Assembly: GCA_038851325.1 (NCBI GenBank)
Contig: JAWCKZ010000001.1
Span: forward strand, 64,001 to 128,000
Direction of reading: 5' to 3'
Length of the DNA: 64,000 bases
DNA from: Candidatus Bilamarchaeaceae archaeon
GTDB lineage: Archaea > Micrarchaeota > Micrarchaeia > Anstonellales > Bilamarchaeaceae
The notes beneath the pieces were generated by a model. It worked only from the letters and a program-made list of their open reading frames with translations, was not told the origin of the DNA and did no database searches. The translations under genes were made by a program, and so were the position numbers. Below, piece by piece: positions 57,668 through 64,000 of this stretch (position 1 is the stretch's first letter; every line of letters begins with the position of its first letter).

Positions 57668-59278
57668 ATGATAAAGCAGCCTGTAGCTGAAAACCCACAT
57701 AAAGAAAGCGCTACTCAGGAGTTTGTTGAAAAAGAGGTAAAGAAGGTAGATGTTTGGCGGTACAAGAAGTACATATGCAAAGTGAAGCCTATTGGGATAT
57801 ACGCAGGCGGTAAAAACATAATAGTACTTAACACCGATGAGGCTGAGAGCCATGATATATACGCAGGATACAGAACCGAACTAAAAACACCAAAAGCAAC
57901 AATAATTGGAATTGTTGATACGAGCGATAAACTCGTAAAACCTGGTGAAGTTGGGATCTATGATGATTTTGCAAAAGAATTCCATCTAAAAGCAGGAGAA
58001 GAGGTCGAGATCGTTCATATGGATAGGCCTGCTTCTATAGGCTACATAAAAAAGAAGCTCGATAAAGGAACGCTCGAAAGCAACGAAATAAAAACTATTG
58101 TAACCGAGATAATGGAGAACAAACTTAGTGAGGTTGAAACCTCTGCGTTTATAGCTGCGGCATACATAAATGGGATGGCTGACAGCGAAGTAATCGCATT
58201 GACAAATGCAACTGTAGAATCCGGGGAAACACTAAATCTAGGGAGGGGACCTATACTCGATAAACACTGTATTGGGGGGGTAGCGGGAAATAGAACAACC
58301 ATGATTGTTGTTCCAATAATCGCCGCTGCTGGTCTCTATATGCCCAAGACATCCTCACGTGCCATAACAAGCGCAGCTGGCACGGCAGATACAATGGAAG
58401 TGTTAGCCAACGTCACGTTCAGCATGGATGAGCTAAGAAAGATGGTGCTCAAGACAAAAGGGGCGATAGTGTGGGGAGGAGGAATGAAGCTTGCACCTGT
58501 AGATGACAAATTAATACGCATAAGGCACCCGTTAAGTCTTGATCCGGAAGGCATGCTTCTTGCGAGTATCCTTGGAAAGAAAAAAAGCGTAGGCGCAGAA
58601 TACGTAATAATAGATATTCCAGTTGGGCGAGGTGTTAAGATACCATACTACGAGAAAGGAAGGGAGCTAGGTGACCATTTTATAAAAATAGGAAAGCAAC
58701 TTGGAATAAAGATAGAGGTGCTAATTACAGATGGCGCAGAGCCTATAGGAAACGGTATAGGACCGTCCCTGGAGTGTGTAGATGTTCTCCATGTGCTCAA
58801 TGGCAAGGGCCCCGAGGATCTTAGGCACAAGAGCATTCTCATGGCTGGAAAGCTCCTAGAACTTTGTGGTAAGGTTGGGAAAGGCGAAGGATACAGTGCA
58901 GCTGAAAATCTTATAACAACTGGAAAAGCGCTAAAGAAGTTCCTTGAGATCGTGGAGGAGCAGGGAGGAAATCCAAGGGTCACTGTTGATGATATTCCTA
59001 TTGGAAAATACGCCTACACTGTTAAATCAAAGGTGAGCGGTTCTATATTCCATATAGACAATCACTCTATTTCAAAGATTGCGCGGATAGCCGGTGCACC
59101 GAAATCAAAAGGTGCTGGTGTACTTCTGCATAAGACAAGAGGGAATAGGGTAGAGGTTGGGGATTCTTTGTTCACGGTTTACGCTGAGAAAGAAACCCTC
59201 TTAGATTACGCAATAAAAGCACTTGAAAAACTTGAGCCAATAGAGATGAGAAAGATGCTTCTTGGAACCATGGAGTAG
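57668..59278 (+). CDS. AMP phosphorylase
   Basis: DKHCIGGVAGN, KTSSRAITSAAGTAD, N-terminal extension. Confidence 0.93.
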   Translation: MIKQPVAENPHKESATQEFVEKEVKKVDVWRYKKYICKVKPIGIYAGGKNIIVLNTDEAESHDIYAGYRTELKTPKATIIGIVDTSDKLVKPGEVGIYDDFAKEFHLKAGEEVEIVHMDRPASIGYIKKKLDKGTLESNEIKTIVTEIMENKLSEVETSAFIAAAYINGMADSEVIALTNATVESGETLNLGRGPILDKHCIGGVAGNRTTMIVVPIIAAAGLYMPKTSSRAITSAAGTADTMEVLANVTFSMDELRKMVLKTKGAIVWGGGMKLAPVDDKLIRIRHPLSLDPEGMLLASILGKKKSVGAEYVIIDIPVGRGVKIPYYEKGRELGDHFIKIGKQLGIKIEVLITDGAEPIGNGIGPSLECVDVLHVLNGKGPEDLRHKSILMAGKLLELCGKVGKGEGYSAAENLITTGKALKKFLEIVEEQGGNPRVTVDDIPIGKYAYTVKSKVSGSIFHIDNHSISKIARIAGAPKSKGAGVLLHKTRGNRVEVGDSLFTVYAEKETLLDYAIKALEKLEPIEMRKMLLGTME

Positions 59279-59314
59279 CATTATAAATTCTTTGGCTTAT
59301 CTCTTACTTCGCGT

Positions 59315-59479
59315 CCCGCCATAGCTCAAAGCACCTAGCGAGCAATGGTAGAGCGATCGGCTGTAGTTCGGGTACTCCTTTCCGGAGAAAAAGGTCGCTG
59401 ATACCGATAGGTTGCTGGTTCAAATGCACACGCGCTACTTCGCATTGGCGTAGATGCAGAATACGTCCGGCTGGCGGGA
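59315..59479 (+). tRNA. tRNA-Tyr(GTA) with three introns (D-loop ~16, anticodon ~36, T-loop ~41 nt)
   Basis: CCCGCCA..ATCGG-CTGTAG[..]A-CCGAT..GCTGGTTCAA[..]GTCCGGC TGGCGGGA. Confidence 0.88.
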
Positions 59480-59492
59480 TTTTTTATTTAAT

Positions 59493-61040
59493 TTAATGTC
59501 TGAAGTGTCGCATGCCTGTAAAGACCATCGCTATATTGTGCTCATCGGCTGCCCTTATAACTTCTGCATCATTTACCGAACCACCGGGCTGAATTATCGC
59601 AGTAACACCAAGCTTGGCTGCATAATCTACCCCGTCCCTGAACGGAAAGAATGCATCGCTTGCCATTGCGCACCCTTCAAGGCCCTCTCCAGAATCCTGC
59701 GCAACCATGGCACCAACCCTAGCCGCGTCTATTCTTTTCATCTGCCCTGCCCCAATACCTACAGCCCTGTTCTCTCTCGCATAGACGATGGCATTCGAAC
59801 GAACATATTTTACAATCTTCCATGCATACAACATTGATGCCATCTCGCTCTCAGTTGGTTTTCTTCTTGTAACGACCCTTAGTTCCTTGTAGAGCTCCAC
59901 ATCGCTGTCCTGCACAAGGAAGCCGCCCAGAACTGAGCGGTATCTTCTGTACCTTACTACGCCAGCCTCTATGGGAAGCTCCAGAAGACGGATGTTTGGT
60001 TTTTTAGCAAAAACTTTTTTTGCCTCTTGCGTAAAGGATGGTGCAAGAACTATCTCAACAAACCTGGTGGTTATCTCTGATGCCAACTTACCGTCCACCT
60101 CGCGATTTACTGCAACTATACCACCAAAAGCAGCCTCCGGATCAACAGCCCTTGCTGTGAGATAAGCATGGTGTATGCCACTGCTTGATGCCACGCCGCA
60201 TGGATTGTTATGCTTTACTATAACTGCAGTTGGCTCTTCAAACTCCTTTATCAAATTATATGCAGAGTTAGCGTCCAGAACATTGTTGAACGAAAGTTGC
60301 TTCCCCTGGAGCTGCTTTGCCCTTAAAAGCGAGGGGTTTTTTTCATGCTCGTCTATATAGAGCGCTGCTGTTTGATGTGGATTTTCTCCGTATCTTAGGC
60401 CCTGCTTTTTCCTAAATGTAAGATTTAGATACTCTGGATATTCAAACTCATTACCAAAAGTTTTTCTGAAATAATTCTCTATAACAACATCATAATGAGC
60501 TATGTGCATCCACGCTTCTATTGCAAGCTCTCTACGAAAACTTTCGCTTATCTCACCTTTCTCTATTTCAGCCAAAAGCTGTTCGTATCTTTCTGGATTA
60601 CAAACCACTGCCACCTGTCTAAAATTTTTTGCAGCAGCGCGAATAAGGGTTGGACCACCGATATCTATATTCTCTATAATCTCCTCAAATGAGCGACCGC
60701 TAAGGACAGTCTGCTCAAACGGATATAGATTTACTGCAACCACATCGATGGGGACTATCCCGGCTCTTCTTGCTTCCTCCGCATGCATCTCGTTCGTTCT
60801 ATCCATGAGTATTCCACCATGGATTTTTGGATGGAGCGTCTTCACCCTGCCATCCATCATCTCTGGAGATCCTGTGAACTGCGATAATTCTATAGCATCT
60901 ATGCCATTTTTCCTAAGCGTCCTAGCAGTACCGCCGCTTGATATAATCTTAAAACCAGCGCTGTGGAGCCCTCTGGCAAACTCGACTATTCCTTTTTTTT
61001 CAAAAACACTGAGTAAGGCGTACCTATCGCTATCACTCAT
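59493..61040 (-). CDS. purH: Bifunctional AICAR transformylase/IMP cyclohydrolase
   Basis: [43 protein letters not shown]. Confidence 0.97.
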   Translation of the reverse strand: MSDSDRYALLSVFEKKGIVEFARGLHSAGFKIISSGGTARTLRKNGIDAIELSQFTGSPEMMDGRVKTLHPKIHGGILMDRTNEMHAEEARRAGIVPIDVVAVNLYPFEQTVLSGRSFEEIIENIDIGGPTLIRAAAKNFRQVAVVCNPERYEQLLAEIEKGEISESFRRELAIEAWMHIAHYDVVIENYFRKTFGNEFEYPEYLNLTFRKKQGLRYGENPHQTAALYIDEHEKNPSLLRAKQLQGKQLSFNNVLDANSAYNLIKEFEEPTAVIVKHNNPCGVASSSGIHHAYLTARAVDPEAAFGGIVAVNREVDGKLASEITTRFVEIVLAPSFTQEAKKVFAKKPNIRLLELPIEAGVVRYRRYRSVLGGFLVQDSDVELYKELRVVTRRKPTESEMASMLYAWKIVKYVRSNAIVYARENRAVGIGAGQMKRIDAARVGAMVAQDSGEGLEGCAMASDAFFPFRDGVDYAAKLGVTAIIQPGGSVNDAEVIRAADEHNIAMVFTGMRHFRH

Positions 61041-61103
61041 TGAGAATACCGTTTATAATTCAACACAGCAAGCGTTTTTAACTCTTGCTTTTCTCATTTT
61101 TAT

Positions 61104-62207
61104 ATGGTTGAAAAAATTAAGCAACAACTTCGAAGTAAACTTGATCAGGATTATGTTATATTGGCGCTGGAAGAAAGAGGCTACTGCGTTTCTCTCCTTA
61201 AAAATGGCAAAACAACAAAAAAAGAATCACGAAATGCAAACGACTTTCTGGAGCTCATCGATTCTTCGGTTGTGAGTTGGGTTGATTTTGTTGTAGATAA
61301 TTTTAAGACTGAAAGTATAGATGTAGCAAAGGCGCTTGGATTTAGCGAGGTGCTCGTAAGGTCTCTTCTTAAGAATAAGCAAGGTGGTTATGAGGATCTG
61401 ACTACCGAAATGGGAGTACTTTTACCAGCGATAATAGTATCTGGCTTCAATGTTAGGTTAGACCCCCTTCTTATTCTAATTAAACAAAACCTTGTAGTAA
61501 CCATTCACAGCACAGAGGCAAAAAGATTTTTCAGATTAAGACGGTATGGAGAAATATTCATGAGAAAGATCGAGACAAAGGTGCCACAACAAGATAAGGT
61601 AACACAAATTCTTATTAGAATACTCGATGAGAACAACAGCAGAAATTTTGACCACCTTAGGGAGATAGAAGAGAACTCAGATAAACTCAGCCAAAAACTT
61701 GCTGACCCCAGGACGTCGCGAGAAATTCTGGGGCCTGAGATATACAACATGAAGCATGCACTCATAACGTACCTCGGTGGCCTTTGGGCAACTGTCGATG
61801 TCCTAAACACATTACGATACGGAGACCCAGAGGTACTAACCGATGACCCAAAGCTACTTGAAAGGATAGGAGCGCTCGTCACAGAAGTTAATAATCATAT
61901 AGGAGTCGCGGAACATCTCAGTGAGGTTTTAGCAAGTGGCCTCGAAGTTCTTCAAAGCATTTACAATAACCAGTTGCAGATACTTAACAACAGACTTGCA
62001 ATCCTTGTGGCTTATCTTACAATAATAGGAACAGCTGTCCTGGTGCCAAACACCCTTGCTACTGTACTAAGCAATCCTGCTTATGGGATGGGGCCTGCTG
62101 ATGCTGGCTGGTACTCTGCGCTTCTTGTTATTTCCACCATAGTTGCCATAATTGTTGCGTATGTTTGGGTTAAAAAGGCAGGGTGGCTCCCTTCTAGGCT
62201 TGAATAA
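61104..62207 (+). CDS. CorA-family divalent cation transporter
   Basis: Soluble funnel domain, two C-terminal TM, YGM motif variant. Confidence 0.85.
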   Translation: MVEKIKQQLRSKLDQDYVILALEERGYCVSLLKNGKTTKKESRNANDFLELIDSSVVSWVDFVVDNFKTESIDVAKALGFSEVLVRSLLKNKQGGYEDLTTEMGVLLPAIIVSGFNVRLDPLLILIKQNLVVTIHSTEAKRFFRLRRYGEIFMRKIETKVPQQDKVTQILIRILDENNSRNFDHLREIEENSDKLSQKLADPRTSREILGPEIYNMKHALITYLGGLWATVDVLNTLRYGDPEVLTDDPKLLERIGALVTEVNNHIGVAEHLSEVLASGLEVLQSIYNNQLQILNNRLAILVAYLTIIGTAVLVPNTLATVLSNPAYGMGPADAGWYSALLVISTIVAIIVAYVWVKKAGWLPSRLE

Positions 62208-62512
62208 ACTCTATCAATGGTGCATGACTGTTTTTGGTTATTTCAGAAAGCTTACTGTACACTACACTCTTGTGTGTACTGTCTACAACCTTTGATGCCT
62301 TCATGGAAAAAGGCGGGAGGCAGTGCCCCTGAAGTTTATTTTTGTATGAAGGAGATAGTGGGCTGGATTCCTTCTGTTTTTTTCGTTTTTGCCCCTTTAT
62401 GTAGTAGTATCCTCTCATAGGGTTTTTCCAATGTATAAATGGTTTTGTTGCGTAACTGAACTTCATACTCCCACGGTTTCGAAAACTCTCTAGGCTTTTA
62501 AAAAATTTTCGC

Positions 62513-63826
62513 TTAATAATTCGGCACTTGCCTAATCTTACAATCTTCTCTTAGTTCTTTCCCCACAGCAAGGAGAAATTCGTTTAGTTTATCAGCAGGG
62601 AAAGAAGCGCCCGCAGCAATTCTATGCCCACCACCGACACCGTGTGCAATCTCAGCTGCCTTTCTCATTATTAATCCTAGATTCACTCCGCGACCGCGCG
62701 CTGAGGCTTTAATGCCACCTTCATCACTGCTGGCGATGCCTACTATCGGCTTTTTCCATCTTTGCTCCAATACCATACCACAGATTGTTCCAATTATGGC
62801 TTCGTCTATTTTCTTCCTACCATCAAGAAAGAAAAATGCGCCGAAATCTTGGATGTTGCCGCGTGCAAACTCTATTCCCTCCTTGAGCATTCGCCTGTGT
62901 AACTGAAGAAGAGAGCGCGCTCCCTGAAAACAGCCTTCATCCCCCAACGCCACTCTTATCCCGATATCATCCCGCGCGTGTCTTCCACACGCATTGAGAA
63001 GGGTAGAGAACTCGCTTGCTTCATAAGTCTCGTTCATCTTATTTTTTGGGAACACATAGCTCTCTCCAATAAGTTCATCTAAGGATGCTATCCTCCCCCT
63101 CTCAACTAAAATCTCAGCAAGCGCAGACGCCAGGCGTATTTTTTCTTCTTTTGTCAGGTCGACGTATCTTCGATACTCCTCGCCCTTCTTGATCGGAATG
63201 CCAAGTGTAGTAAGAAGAGCCGCTGCCTTATCTTCTCTGTAGGATATCCCCGGAATGTAAGGCTCATCCGAATATTCTAGAAATTGAATAAGAGGTCTTG
63301 AGTACCTACCATAAAAGCGCAAGTCGTTCTCTGTTCTTACAAGTCCCTTATTTATACCATCTGCAAGGATCTCTCTATTTTTTCCTCTGAGAGGCCACTG
63401 CATGTCCCCAACAGCGCCAGTGATTGCAAGCTCTACTCGCTCACCAAAGACCAGGTAAGCTGTTCCGGCTGCGCTTAACTCCTCCCCTCCATTAATCCCG
63501 TAAAGCATCGGATTAACCTGTAATTTCTTTATCCCCTCGGTCTGGTGATGGTCTATTATAACCACATCGCAGAGTTCGTTAACACGCTTGTGTCCACCGC
63601 CGATGTCAACGAAGATAAGTTCCCGTTCGTTCCTATAACGTTCTATGACGGCGTCATCAAGTTTCTTTATGCACTCTCGTCTAAATTTTTTTCCTGCTGC
63701 AAGAAATGCTGACACAACTATCGCTCCGCTTGTAATCCCATCGCAATCATGATGGTGCACAATTAACGGTTCATTGAACGAGAGCGCAACCCTCCTCGCC
63801 TCCTCGCACGCCTCTTGAAAGTTCAT
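62513..63826 (-). CDS. RecJ-like DHH phosphoesterase
   Basis: HHDCDG, IDHH, GAVGD, STLLNACGR, GGGH..AAG. Confidence 0.9.
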   Translation of the reverse strand: MNFQEACEEARRVALSFNEPLIVHHHDCDGITSGAIVVSAFLAAGKKFRRECIKKLDDAVIERYRNERELIFVDIGGGHKRVNELCDVVIIDHHQTEGIKKLQVNPMLYGINGGEELSAAGTAYLVFGERVELAITGAVGDMQWPLRGKNREILADGINKGLVRTENDLRFYGRYSRPLIQFLEYSDEPYIPGISYREDKAAALLTTLGIPIKKGEEYRRYVDLTKEEKIRLASALAEILVERGRIASLDELIGESYVFPKNKMNETYEASEFSTLLNACGRHARDDIGIRVALGDEGCFQGARSLLQLHRRMLKEGIEFARGNIQDFGAFFFLDGRKKIDEAIIGTICGMVLEQRWKKPIVGIASSDEGGIKASARGRGVNLGLIMRKAAEIAHGVGGGHRIAAGASFPADKLNEFLLAVGKELREDCKIRQVPNY

Positions 63827-63887
63827 AGTTGGTAAGTAAGAGCTGATGTTTTAAACTCTTATGTTAAGAAAAATCTTAGGTGTGCAT

Positions 63888-64000
63888 ATGCAAATTCCGA
63901 AATCAAACTTCTCAGAATGGTACAACGCCATAATAAAGGAAGCTCAACTCTGCGACCTTCGATATGAAGTCAAGGGATTTGTAGTTTTTATGCCCTGGGC
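63888..64000 (+). CDS. proS: Prolyl-tRNA synthetase (5' part only)
   Basis: MQIPKSNFSEWYNAIIKEAQLCDLRYEVKGFVVFMPW. Confidence 0.85.
   Translation, partial: MQIPKSNFSEWYNAIIKEAQLCDLRYEVKGFVVFMPW

Noticed and set aside
62194..62466. Short overlapping ORFs between the CorA and DHH genes
   Set aside because: No motif or clear RBS; neither strand can be supported

Overview
This is a gene-dense archaeal chromosomal segment. Gene content (RadA, PolD small subunit DP1, PCNA, thermosome, Nop5, pelota, GGGP synthase, AMP phosphorylase/R15P isomerase) and the heavily intron-interrupted tRNAs suggest a DPANN archaeon, probably Micrarchaeota-like (inference). It holds about 60 CDSs, 8 tRNA genes and a very short (~206 nt) RNase P RNA. 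Seven of the 8 tRNAs are interrupted, with ~14 introns in total and ~8 of them at non-canonical D- or T-loop positions. A ~6.3 kb metal/redox island sits at the 3' end of a tRNA-Ile(UAU) gene and carries an SSV-type split tyrosine integrase. The most unusual signal is non-coding. Short hairpin repeats occupy parts of stable-RNA loci that should be processed away: three tRNA introns expanded to ~140-320 nt share one CT(G/T)AGGGC-AAAA...AAAA-GCCCTGAG module, and a ~121-bp covarying hairpin repeat sits in two tRNA-Arg 5' leaders and next to the RNase P RNA 3' end. A second candidate system is a CedA/VirB6-like membrane protein near a VirB4-like ATPase operon, possibly Ced/Ted-like DNA transfer machinery. 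All calls were made by eye, without database searches; intron boundaries may be off by 1-2 nt.
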